A DNA stretch of 64,000 nt, from assembly GCA_043228905.1 (NCBI GenBank), contig JBHGNT010000015.1, positions 4,650,001 to 4,714,000 on the forward strand, given 5' to 3'. Position numbers and translations under genes: made by a program. Source of the DNA: Azolla caroliniana. Its lineage: Eukaryota; Plantae; Polypodiophyta. The notes beneath the pieces were generated by a model that did not search any database, had not been told where the DNA came from, and worked only from the letters and a program-made list of their open reading frames with translations. Below, in pieces: positions 12,873 through 24,992 of this stretch; position 1 is the stretch's first letter, and every line of letters starts with the position of its first letter.

Positions 12873-15545
12873 TGTCGCGTTGTTACGCGCGTGCGTGGGG
12901 AAAGGCGGGACCACGGGGGTCTTGGACTAGGGAGCGACAGAGCGTAGGAAGTCGTGCTTCACTGCTTTTGAGGCATCTCAGAAACACACCGGAAGCAACC
13001 GAAGGGAGAGAGAGCGAGAGTGAGAGAGAGAGAGCATGCTTAACACCGACTCACGCACACACACACACACACAGCCCGACCTGACTCACGCCCTTATGTA
13101 CAGGAAACGCAGGGAAGAAGGGGAGCACCCGACACCAACAAGACGCCAATATACACAGACAGACGCAAACGTATATGTATATATATAGAAGAAGAATACA
13201 TTCCCGGCTTCGAGCCGGACCAAGATAGTTTACAACAGTCGTCTGCTGTCAAGCCGCCGTCGGGGAGCTCTCGGGCTCGTCGCGCCGAGCGGGGTCTTGC
13301 ACAGGAGATAAGCTGCAGCCAACCCTAAACGAACACGAAGGGGAAGAAGAAGAAGCAGAAGAAACCTAACCCTAAACCTACCGGTATACCCTCTAATCCA
13401 AAATGGCAACCCCTTTACAAAGGACGTTCCCTTCCTTTTATAGAACAAGGAAAGGGAGGCGTTACAACGTGGGACAAAACCTGACTTTCATGGGATCGTC
13501 TGTCCCGACTTGACTACTCTTCGGCGCCATAAAGGCGCTCTCGTTATTCACATCAAATGTACATGGGTGCGTACACGCGCTGCACCCCGCCGATGTAGCC
13601 AATGTTTCCCGGTTTTCGCCTATGGCCGAAATTCTTCACAACGCACCAGTCCGGCCTAACTGATCATTCCCAACCGATCCGGCCAATGTTGAGCTTGTAT
13701 CTCAACAGTTTTTAATTGCCATATCTTTGGCTCCAATACTAACCTTAGCCAGTTCCCTATGAACCTCAACGAGGGCTGCGTTTAATGGGGGTAGTTCAAT
13801 TCCCATTTGGAGTATACCGACATTCCGTTGTCTGCCTACTCTGGCCAGTGGCCCCTCATCCTCGCTTTCCGCCGTTTTGTTAGCGCACGCTCAATCATTT
13901 GTTGTTCCATGTGCTCCTCGACCATCCTTTGTGAGACCTTTATTTGTTGGGTCGCCAAAAATTCCATGAGTTTATAAGTAATTCCGAAATGTAAAAGTGT
14001 GCCGAACTCATGGGTTCTGTCTGGAATGTCCGGATACTTCAAGACCTCGCTTTCCGCCGTAAATACTCCTTTCCCCCGCTGTGACTGGACCGTAATGATC
14101 GGTCGTGGTTTCCGGATTATTTTGAAAGTGGTGTTGGGCTCCGTAGCTGCAGAACTATCGACCAATGTGGTCATGTCAGTGTCCGCAATTGTGTCTTTGT
14201 TCGCGGTTGTGTCTTTGACTAATCCGCGCCCATCTTTCCTGTCCAGCCTACGCCGTTTCGGGCTCGGGCTTTCCTGGCATTGCTCAGCTTCCTACTCTTG
14301 CGAGCTTCCTCCCTGCTCGCCAGCCGTTCTCCCTGTGTTGTCCACGTGCTAGGCTGGGAAGATTGGGGTTCATCTTCCCATTCCAGGGTAGCCAACTCCG
14401 CTAACCTCCGTTTCGCGGAATGTGGCGGCTACGTGGGTTTGCTAGGCTATGGTGCGGGTAGACCTCAGGGTGGAAATAGTATCGTCAGATACTGTTGTAT
14501 GATTGGCCTTAGCTTTTTGCCGCCTTGATACGCCTGCAAGCCTTCCTGTAATGTTGGTCCCATAATTACCCCCCAATCGACCGCGCGCCCTTCGAAGGTA
14601 TCAATGATGATGCATGCCTTCTGCTTTGGCAACCCATAGGCATTTACATGCATGCATCCTACCTCCAACAAGAACTTGGCTATTTCGCGAAAGAAGGGGT
14701 CAGGAATTTCCTTTGTCCTATATGCTTTGGCGGACGCCGAATATGCCCCAAAATATCTCTGCAAGGTTTTCGTAGGAGGGATGTCGAAATGTCTTTCTCC
14801 AAGCGATGAAAAGTCAAGCTTCTTCCGGATGGATGCGCTGGTGACCGTGTCTATATTGAGTTTCCTAGCAATGTCCAGGGCTTTAGGGTGAGCAAGTGCC
14901 TCGGCGACTTTGATGTATCCATCCAGTCGCTTTTCGATGAGCCATCTCCGCAAGGTGGTAGAAATAGTGATCGGCATCATAGGTGGGTTAGACTCGTGGG
15001 GAGTGGGTGAGGTTTGCTAGCTATGGCGAAAGTGGGTTGTGTGGTATGATGGAGAGGAGGGTGAGTGAGGAGAGCGACGAGGGTTAGAGGCCGAAGATTG
15101 GTTTTTGTATTGTGCAGAAAACCTTCTATTTTCTTCTTTTTGTGGCCTAGGGTTCATTGGTCGGTGAGCTATCGTGGTGCCGTGTGTTCTTTTAATAGCG
15201 TCACTATCTTCTCTCTTTTTTTCTTTTTTTTTCTTGTAACGGTTACATACAATATTACTATTACATTGTAATACAAGTGGGTCCCTTTTAATGAATTAAT
15301 CCACGGATTCTTCAGTCGTGTCGTTTACGGCGTGGAACAGGTTTGGAGGCACCGATCATAGGTAGGGTTTTAGTCAAAACCCATTCACTTTTTGTCGTAA
15401 CACTTCCCTGGCTAGGGTGCCTAGTTGAAACTTGTCATTTTCCGCGCCAACTATCCAGTATGGCCCCGTACAATGGAATCTTAATTTTCTTGGCATTTGT
15501 CCCATCCGTGTTTGAAAGACTAAGACCACTTTGCCGAGCACTTGA
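12873..15545 (-). mobile_element. 3' part of a Ty3/gypsy element (element D): integrase C-terminus, extra ORF, 3' LTR (~12873-13707)
   Basis: GPY-type integrase tail (KLRFHCTGPYWI, 15374-15540). The LTR ends ...CGCGACA and shares the U5 motif CCTAGTCCAAGACC..GTGGT with A/B. TATAAAA at ~13436-13442 (minus). The LTR 5' boundary is tentative. Confidence 0.75.
13836..14980 (-). pseudogene. Disrupted extra ORF (~380 codons) between integrase and 3' LTR of element D; function unknown
   Basis: Two sense-strand pieces (171 aa at 14465-14980, 112 aa at 13836-14174) in different frames, with coding-like composition. Confidence 0.6.
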
Positions 15546-15549
15546 TATG

Positions 15550-16030
15550 GCCAAGACAGAGATATTGAGATTAAGATTTTAACTCTTGATTTAAGAAACA
15601 AGATATATCATCAATGAATTTTCTTCTCATTAATTTCTTAGTTTATACATGGCTCCATAATACATTTTCATCCATCCTTTTATAGATGCCCCCATGCATA
15701 TGATGCATGTTTGCCATTTGGCGCTCATGTATTACGGGTGGTGCATGATAACCATGTCACTCATTTTAGCTCTCATGCATAAGAATTTACATGTAAAACT
15801 ACAATGATAGAAATATAATTTTAACTAAATATCTTAGCTTAGTGGTAAGCCAATGGACTCCTAACTTGGAGGTGCAAGGTTTAAATCTTTACTTGCCCTC
15901 CTTGTATATGTATATATATTTATATATTTGTTTATCTAGTCGCCCGATGTCGTCGCCTCGCCGGATTACCGGCTCCATTGCCGCCGGCGCATGTCGATCG
16001 TCGGTTACCGTCCAATTCCGTTTTGGTTGG
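15550..16030 (-). repeat. LTR-like fragment with TATA box and tRNA-like A/B-box cassette
   Basis: Same layout as the element A LTR: CCTTTTATAG at ~15680, then A-box 15835-15845 and B-box-like 15879-15887. Boundaries approximate. Confidence 0.5.
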
Positions 16031-16406
16031 CCAAAACCTTTACGAGTGGCTAGGCCACCTCCACTCTTAGTTCAAGCTACCTTGACCTCTCTATGCTCCA
16101 CACATAAACACAAAGATAATAGCTTTTGCTCTACCTTATATATGGTGAGAGCCTTATTCGTCCTGTCTATGTGGGATATCTCACAATTTTTTCTTTTTCT
16201 TTCGCAACTTTTTACCCACATAAGTTGACACTTAAATGTATGTTTCTTATGTAAGAAAGTGCACCTCTTCAAGATCTTCGTCTTTTATACTAAGATATTA
16301 AACTTACTTAGAATTAGTATATTCACTATTATTGTTTTATATGATTGACACTTGATTTCGTACGTCTTATGTGATTTTCACACCATTGCCAAAAATCTTC
16401 ACGACA
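16030..16406 (+). repeat. LTR 3' fragment; a related end occurs at ~25837-25867
   Basis: CCTTATATA box and an end ACACCRTTGCCRAAAATCTTCACGACA shared by both sites. Confidence 0.45.
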
Positions 16407-17045
16407 TCACAGTATTTTCGCGTAGTGCTTTTGCTTCTACCTACTTGGTGCAGTAATCCGTAGCCACTAGGATATACTTATTTTTGCGTAGTGCTTTTGC
16501 TTCTACCCACTTGTTCCAGTAATCCTACGGCCTACCCCCCTTGAGAAGAAGTCTCTCTCCTTCCTCTCTATCACTAATCTCCCTCTCTACGCCACTCTGC
16601 GATGGTAATGACAATTTTTCTTGCTTCTATTTCTAATGTATCTAAGGCATGTTGGACAGTGCCTTTCAACCTCCTCCCCCTTCCGTTACTCTCTCTGCCA
16701 AAAGAAAACCATAGCCACCCTAGAGTTCGTCTCTGTGTTTAGGTCTCTATGTCTCTAGGTGTGTGTATGTTGTATGTGTGCATCTTTAGCCTTCTTCTCT
16801 CCCTAGGTGTGTGTATATGTTGTATGTGTGCATCTTCAGCCTTCTTCTCTCCACATTGTGGATCTCCAAGTTAAATATGGAGGCTTTCAAAAAGAAGCTA
16901 GACACAGTCATGGGAGTGAATCGCAATCAAGACATGGAAGTCATGAAGAGGAAGTATTCTATTCTTTTCCAAATCACGAAAAATGGATTTGGGAGCATGT
17001 GGGAAGACTATGAGGAAGCAAAAGAGAAAGGGAACAAAACAGAAA

Positions 17046-18031
17046 TGTAATCCGAGTGCCGACCGAGCAACTGTTGGCTGAGAGACGGCTTGGAAAGCAG
17101 TTGAGAAGAGCTCAAGTCAACTGAGATAGCTAGAGAGTTCGGCCGAGACAACCGACCAGACAAGGCTGGCCCTACAGATGGTTCGGCAACCATTGGATGA
17201 AGACGACCGGCATCCGACAGTCAACCGGACACAAAAACAGCCACAAATAAACCCAAGCACGGACGATAGCCGAGAGTCAACCCAAGCACGGTCGAGAAGC
17301 CGAGATTTGGCCCAACATGACCAAGAAGCCGAGAGTACGACACGTTCGAGAAACGGTCGAGATGTAGCCAAGACCCAATAATGAGAGGACCGAGAAACGG
17401 TCGCGACACAGCTGAAGTCCGGCAAGTGGCTGGAAAATGACCTAGATCATGTCATTTGGTATCTCCAAGCTTTTAAGTCTATCAAGCAACCTCTCCCTAG
17501 GAACTGTTTCGAAGGCTTTGTGGAAGTCCACAAAGCAACAATATAGTTTCTTCTTACGAGCCTTCGTTTGGTTAATTAAGCACCTAAGTGTGAAGATATT
17601 GTTGATATATCGAGCTCAATTTAGTTTAGATATTTAGTCAACCATGTAACTTCGTAGTTTCCTAGATAGAATCTAGTTAGGAGTGTTGACTATAACGCCT
17701 TAAATAGGAACTTGTACTTAATTGGGATATTCTAGATCCTCCAGTCCTAAGTACATTTAATATAGGACTTACACCTTAGTACCTATATTCTACTCACACA
17801 TGTGCACCTTTGCACATGAAATGTATATATACCTCATTGTGGGTATTTTTGTATTTTGATGATGATGATACTAATTTAATACATATAGAGTTAATCATAC
17901 CCCATCTTGTGTTGCTCATAAGTGTACTTCTCTCTCTCTTCCTCTTACACACATATCACTTAATCTTCCGCTTAACTTTATCACATAATTAGGTACTAAT
18001 TAACCCTTGCTTAATTACCTAATTATTTACA
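17046..18031 (+). mobile_element. Probable solo or recombined LTR (~986 bp)
   Basis: TGTAAT...ATTTACA ends, CCGAG-rich U3-like half and a TAAATAGG box at ~17700. It truncates the LINE RT. The flanks (AGAAA/GATAT) do not form a TSD. Confidence 0.55.
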
Positions 18032-21000
18032 GATATGGTCAATAGTGGAGAAGGCTCGTCTAAAGCCAGCCTCCTTAGGTGCTCGAAGACTTAATGTTTC
18101 CATATAATCGTTGAGCTCTACTTCCATTATTGCACCATATAGTTTAGTGAGTGTATGACCTATCATAATGGTCCTATATGCATTTGGGTCCATTGGGTCC
18201 CCTCCTTTATGTATAAGGGCCATTGTGTTCATGGTCCATTGTGGTGGAAAACCCTCGGCGAGGGCGTGGTTGAAGATTAGAGTGAGAAAGGGGGCTAGGC
18301 ACTCTTGAACATATATGATATGCTCGGCTCACAATCCTGTGTGGTTCATTGATTTCCTATGTTGTAATTTTTTTCTAACCTTCGTGACCCTAGAGGTCGT
18401 GAAAAGTGTTCCTATGGTAGGTCGAGGTGTGGAAGGCATTGGAATGGGTGGTTGGTTCGGGACATGGTAGAGTCTCTCTATATATGTGTGCCAAATATTG
18501 GGATCCTCGATGGGCGTTTGTGGTCTCAGTTCTCGTAGTCTCTTCCATGCAAGGGCACAATCCCTACTCATGAGCATGTGGTAGAGTTCCCAATATTGAG
18601 ATGCTTCCCAAGCTCGTGTTTTAGGACGTGTCATCTTGCGCATCTCTTTGCAATCTTGTACTGAGGAAATAGTACCACTAAGTCGCGACACTGTAAGTTG
18701 TCTATACAACTCTCTACAATCCTCATCATACCACTTGTTCTATGGCATAGACCCTATTCTACTGTGATTCGAGTGTTTCATGTACGACAAACTACTAATT
18801 TTTGTTGAGTGAAGGATGTATGTGTGTTTTGTAGTGAGGTTCTCTAAAGGCAAGGAAGAATCAAAAGAGGAGAGATGGGCTTGAACATGTCGGGAGTACA
18901 TGTGAGAGAGCTCATGCGCGAAATGTATTATGGTGTGATGGTTTGGTTGACTAGAGTTCGTGGCGTTGGAGGTGTCGCATTTTAGCTCAAAGTAAAGGAA
19001 GCTATGGTTTACACCAATAGGGCACGGGGCCACCCGGAAGGAGTTAACCATGTCGATAGCTTTATGGCATCCTATTAGGTAATCAACTGTGCTTTCCCCT
19101 CCTCCATGTGGGAAACATGTGAATTCTTCTGAGCCCGGCCACTTGGCTAACCCATTATATATGATCATCTGGTGTCGACTTCCAAGTTCAAGCAGATGAT
19201 TGCCAAAGCTTGTTGCGTCTGCACCTTGGTCTTTTGATGTGCGTGTTATGCCTATGGCTAAAGGGTCGACATTCACCATTTCTAGGTTTTTATCCATCTA
19301 AAATATTGTGCATTGTCGGGATTGGGTTCTCGCATTGAAATCTCCTATGAGAAAGACTTCACCTTGAGAAGAATATTGGATTATGTCATCCGATAAAGGT
19401 TCGTACGGAGAAGGCCCATGTGGTGCTCCGTCATCAACTTGTCGAGAATCGTTACCGGACACAACCGGCTTATCGTTCGGATGTTCACGTGCAGGGAACG
19501 TAAAGTAGAATGCACTCAAACAAAGTACGAAAAACAAAAATAGCACAACAGATAGAAACGCACGATCTTATCGTGGAAACCCGAAATGGGAAAAACCACA
19601 AGGGTCCACAAGCCCCGAGAAACAGAATCACTATGCTAAAAAAAAAGGAGTACAACTAGAAGCTCCGCGGCAACAACCTCGAGACTCTACTTTGTCAACA
19701 AACGGCTACATAGTTACACACTCTCTCACTCTCACTCACTTGATGTTACATAGTTACAAAGGCAACGACCTTCTAAGTAACTTTTAACAATGACTCCCCA
19801 TTATCACATTATGATTGCCCTAAGTACTTATACTAGTACACCTTTTGGGTTATTTACAAGTGTAGCCCATAAGGGCATATTTAGACTATTTACAAGTATA
19901 ATCTTTCGTGTTGGCTGTCTACACGATTTCGGTTTCGACCTTGGCCGAGTTTCTCATCAACTCGGCTCTTCTCTTCCCATTCGGAGGGACCCATTTCCTA
20001 ACAAACTCCCCCTTCACTCTGGCATGGGGTACTGCACCAATCTGATCTTCGGTCGGCACGCGCTCCAGCTTTTCGGCTAGTAACACTTTAGTCAACATAT
20101 CATATCCATTTTCGGCCGTGTGGACATTCACTAGAGAGAACTCCCTTTCTTCCACCCTCTTCTGGAGCCAATGATACCTCCATTGGATGTGCTTTGTCCT
20201 CGAGTGGTAGGCGGCATTTTTCGCAAGGTGGATGGCACTCTGATTATCACAATAGAGTCGGAATTCTTCCTGCCGAATTCCCAACTCACTGATAAAATCC
20301 TTCATCCATACAATTTCCTTGTCGGCCTTCACTATGGTCATGTACTTGGCTTTCGTGGTCGACAACTCCACGGCCTTCTGCAACCTCGATTGCCACGAGA
20401 CAGCTCCCCCTACATACGTCATTACGTATCCGGACGTGGATCGGCTTGTATTTGCATCAGCCGACATGTTTGAATCTGTGCAGGCTTCCAATGTGGGGTT
20501 ACCTAAGCCGAAATGAAGACACACGCTCGAGGTGCCTCTCAGGTACCGAAATATCCATTTCACAGCAGCCCAATGCTCTTTCCCGGGATTGCTCATATAT
20601 TGGCTGACCACTCCGACGGCGTATCCAATGTCCGGCCTAGTACACACCATTGCGTACATCAAGCTTCCAACCGCTGAGGCATAAGGAACTTTTGACATCT
20701 CGGCCTTTTCGGTTTTAGATTTCAGACATTGATCTTTACTCAACTTGCAATTCGTCGGTAGTGTCGAGCTGACCAGTTTCGCGCCTTCCATGCCGAATCT
20801 CTGGAGCACCTTTGTCACATATTTCTCATGTGACAGCCATAGCAATTTCTTTGTTCTATCCCGAACAATGTGCATACCCAGGATTTGCTTTGACGGACCC
20901 ATATCCCTCATCGAGAATGATCCGGTCAAGGCCTTCTTCAATGCTTGGATCTTCATATGGTCCTATCCTACAATTAGCATGTCGTCCACGTACAACAAAA

Positions 21001-24000
21001 GGATGAGGAAATCTCCTCCATCGAACTTCTTCACAAATACGCAATGATCGGCCTGCGTTTTGTGGTTCCCGTTTTCGTTCAGGAAGGATTCGAATTTTCG
21101 GTACCATTGCCGTGGAGTCTGCTTCAACCCGTACAAGCTCTTCCTCAATTGGCATACCAGGTTTTCTTTACCTTTCATTACGAATCCTTCCGATTGCTGC
21201 ACATATATCTCCTCTTCGAGATCTCCATGCAGAAACGCCGTCTTGACATCCAATTGTTCGACTTCGAGATCCATGTTGGCCGCAATGCTCAGCACAGTTC
21301 GGATGGATGTCATTTTCACTACCAGTGCTAATATTTCGTCGAAATCCACGCCCTTCTTCTATTGAAACCCTTTTACGACAATTTGTGCTTTGTATCTGGG
21401 TGGATTTTGGCCATCTCCTAGTTTCAACTTGTATACCCACTTATTTCGGAGTGCATTCTTCCTCTTCGGCAACTCGGTCAGTTCGTATGTGTGGTTCTCA
21501 TGCAAGGAATCCATCTCCTCTTGCATGGCACATAACCACTCTCGATTGTGGGTATCTTTCTTAGCTTCTTCATAGCTTTCCGGCTCCCCCTCATTGGTTA
21601 GCAGTATGCGTTCTTCATCCGGAAATCTTCGAGGGGCTCTTCGCTCTTTAAGGGGGTATCTTCGGCCTGCTTCGGTACGGTTAGTTCGTCTTCAACCTCT
21701 TCGTCCGAGTCTATTTCGGTTCCTCGTTTGGCCGACTCCCCTTGATCATCAGTCATTTCTCGATTTTGCCGAGTATTAGATCAATCGACTGGTACGGATT
21801 TGATTTCGATCAAACCGTCATCTACACAATCCAGCTGAGCATCGACTCGGCTTGATTCGGTGGTTGGAGATCTTTTCTCATTCTCCCAATCAATCATTGT
21901 CTTCTCTTCCATGAAGACAATGTCTCGGCTCCTAATCACCTTCTTCTCAGCTAAGTCCCATAGCCAATAGCCGAACTCATCATTGCCGTAACCGAGAAAT
22001 ATGCACGACCGAGATTTCGGGTCTAATTTCCCCCTCTAGTCCTTTGCCACATGCACAAAAGCAAGACAACGAACACCCTGAAATGTCAGTACGACACGTC
22101 TTTGCCGCTCCACACCCGTTGTGGAATATCACCATCCAAGGGTAGTGAGGGTGATCAGTTTATCACATATGTTGTTGTCATTAGCGCCTCAACCTAGAAC
22201 GTTTTCGGTAATTTCGCATGTGCAAGTATGCTTTAGACTCTCTCCATTATGGTCCAATTCATTCTCTCGGCCAGCCCATTCAGCTCTGGCATTTTTGGCA
22301 CGGTATACTCAAGCCAGATTCCTTCTTTTCGGCAATATTTTTCGAACGCTCCGTGGTACCCTCCACCATTGTCCGCTCGGACTGCCTTCAACTTACGGTC
22401 GGTTTCTCTCTCGGCCCTCATTTAGAACACTTTGAAGACGGATAACACTTGATCCTTCGTCTTCAGAACGGAAGTCCACAACTTCCGGCTATAGTCATTT
22501 ATAAAGGTCACAAAATATTGTGAACCACTATGCGATTTCGTGTCCACGTAGCATACATCCGTATGCACGAGTTCCAGCGGTATCCTCTTCCTCATTGGGG
22601 GCCTTGTTCGGAAGGATGTTCGATTTTGCTTACCGGCCAAGAAATCCATGCATTTCTCAAGTTGCACGTTCTTCACCTCCGGAATGAGGTTGTCCTCGGC
22701 AAGCTTCCGCATCCCCTTTTGGCTCATGTGGCACAATCTCTTGTGCCACAGTTCACTGATTGTTTCGGTTGCCACATTCACTTCCCCACGACATAATCAA
22801 GCATTCATTACATACAGTTTGTTGGTTTTCCGTGCTCGAGCCACGATTAGGCTCCCCTTGCAGAACGTCATGACACCATTCCGGATGCTACCTGTGTAGC
22901 CTTCATCATCCAGCCGACCAGCTGATATCAGGTTCAATCAAACCTTCGGAACATGTCGAACATCTCTCAGCACGCTTCTACAGCCAATTGAGGTCACCAA
23001 ACACACGTCACCAATGCCAACGATTCGGCATGCTTCTTCATTTCCCATCTTTACGAATCCGAGATCATCGGCCCTGTACGATGAGAAGAATTTCCGGTCA
23101 GGGGTTGGTGAAATGACGCACCCGAATCGACCACCCATGTCGATTCATCGCCGACAAGGTTCACTTCGTTCTGCTCGTAATGAGCAGCAACTCCTCCTCA
23201 CTTGTTACGATCGCCGATATGTTCTTGCTTTTCAAAAAAAAATTCGGTTGCACACCTTCGGCTCCCCCTTTTTCCTTTCACAAATGTCAGCAATTCTTTT
23301 GAAAGGGACCCGGCTTCCCGCAATGGAAGCACGTGGGCCTTCCTCTCGACTTCGACCTCGTCCTCAATTTGTCCCTGTTTTGGGGACTTCGATACCGGCC
23401 TCTTCCCTAGTTGTGGTCATCTTCTGTAACCAAGGCCTTCAGATCGGTTTCGGACTCCCGGTCCTTTCGGCAAGGTTCTTCATCTAGCAAGACATAGGGA
23501 CAATTGTTTTCCTTCCAGCCCGGCGTTGCCCAATGTGACAACTAGCATCTCCCAACTATCCGGGAGGGAACCGAGCACGAGTAATGTGAGTACCTCATCG
23601 GCGAGAGGTACTTCCAACAAGTTTTCCTAGTTTATTAGTCCCTACAAGGCATTCATGTGCTCCGCCATACTAGAGTCGTCTTGGTACCGAAGCCTCACTA
23701 CCTTCCGGAATACCGAAACCCAATTAACAACATTCTTGTTCTGGAACATGATGTCGATCTTCTCCTAGAGTTCATGAGCCTTACTTTCTTCATTGAAATT
23801 GTTGTACAGGCTCATGTCGATGAAGCACCGGATGTATGCCGTCATCTTCATGTGCATCACCTCCCACACTATGGAGTCGATCTTATCCGGTCTCTTGTCC
23901 CCGAACTGAACCGGCAACCAAAGATCTTTAACCACCAGCATATCCCTCATCTTTGACTTCCACACTGAGTAGTTGGAGCCGGTGAGCTTGAACACGTCGT

Positions 24001-24992
24001 CGAACGATTCTTCCATTTCCTATGTTGTTCGCTCTGATACCACTTTGTTGAGAATCGTGACCAGCCACAACCAGCTTATCGTTCGGATGTTCGGGTGCAG
24101 GGAACGTAAAGTAGAATGCACTCAGATAGAGTATGAAAAACAGAAATAACACAACAGACAGAAACACATGATCTTATCGTAGAAACCCGAAATGGGAAAA
24201 ACCACGCGGGTCCACAAACTCCGAGAAACAGAATCACTATGCTTAAAAAAAAAGGAGGAGTACAACTAGAAGCTCTAAGGCAACGACCTCGAGATTCTAC
24301 TTTGTCAACAAACGGCTACACAGTTACACACTCTCTCACTCTCACTCACTTGTTGTTACATAGTTATAGAGGCAACGACATTCTAAGTAACTTTTAACAA
24401 TGACTCCCCATTATCACATTATGATTGCCCTAAGTACTTATACTAGTACACCTTTTGGGTTATTTACAAGTTTAGCCCATAAGGGCATATTTAGACTATT
24501 TACAAGTATAGTCTTTCGAGTTGGCTGTCTACACGATTTCGGTTTCAGCCTCGGCTGAGTTTCTCATCAACTCGACTCTTCTCTTTCCATCTGGAGGGAC
24601 CCGTTTCCTAACACAACTATGCTCGCCCCTCAAGCCATATTATACCGGGATCCTTTCGGGGGGAAGTAACAAACGGCTATAAATATTGCATGATCCTTGC
24701 TAATGAGGACTTTCACCCACATAAAACAGGCTTCTAGGTTTGTCTTTAGTATTTCTATCCTATTATGTATCTCTCTCCGAAATAGTATTGCAACCCCTCC
24801 AGGCCGTCTAGTAGTGTGTTGACGTGAGGTTTGTCTAAAGACAAATTCCCAATGAAAACCATCAACTCATGGCAGTCCTCGATTCGGACTTTGATGTGTT
24901 TCTACTAAGAAAAATATATCAAATACCTTCAAAATCTCCTCTAGACGGCCCAGGTGTGTCCAAAGTGCACCGTTACAGTTCCATAAAGTCAT
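18032..24992 (-). mobile_element. Non-L1 LINE (RTEX/RTE-group-like by inference) ORF2 remnant: APE endonuclease plus start of RT, split by copia F
   Basis: MTLWNCNG...FLVETH (24992-24900), VCYFPP, GDFNART, STVDYL. RT N-terminus LIHKGGDPMDPNAYRTIMIG...AGFRRAFSTIDHI. Confidence 0.85.
19440..24613 (-). mobile_element. Full-length Ty1/copia element (element F, Tnt1/Tork-like), degenerate
   Basis: LTRs 24046-24613 and 19440-20003 (about 8% divergent by eye), TSD CAACT on both sides, iMet PBS at 24031-24042, PPT at 20006-20014. Gag, INT, RT (LYVDDML) and RH (YCDNQSAI) motifs. Confidence 0.97.
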
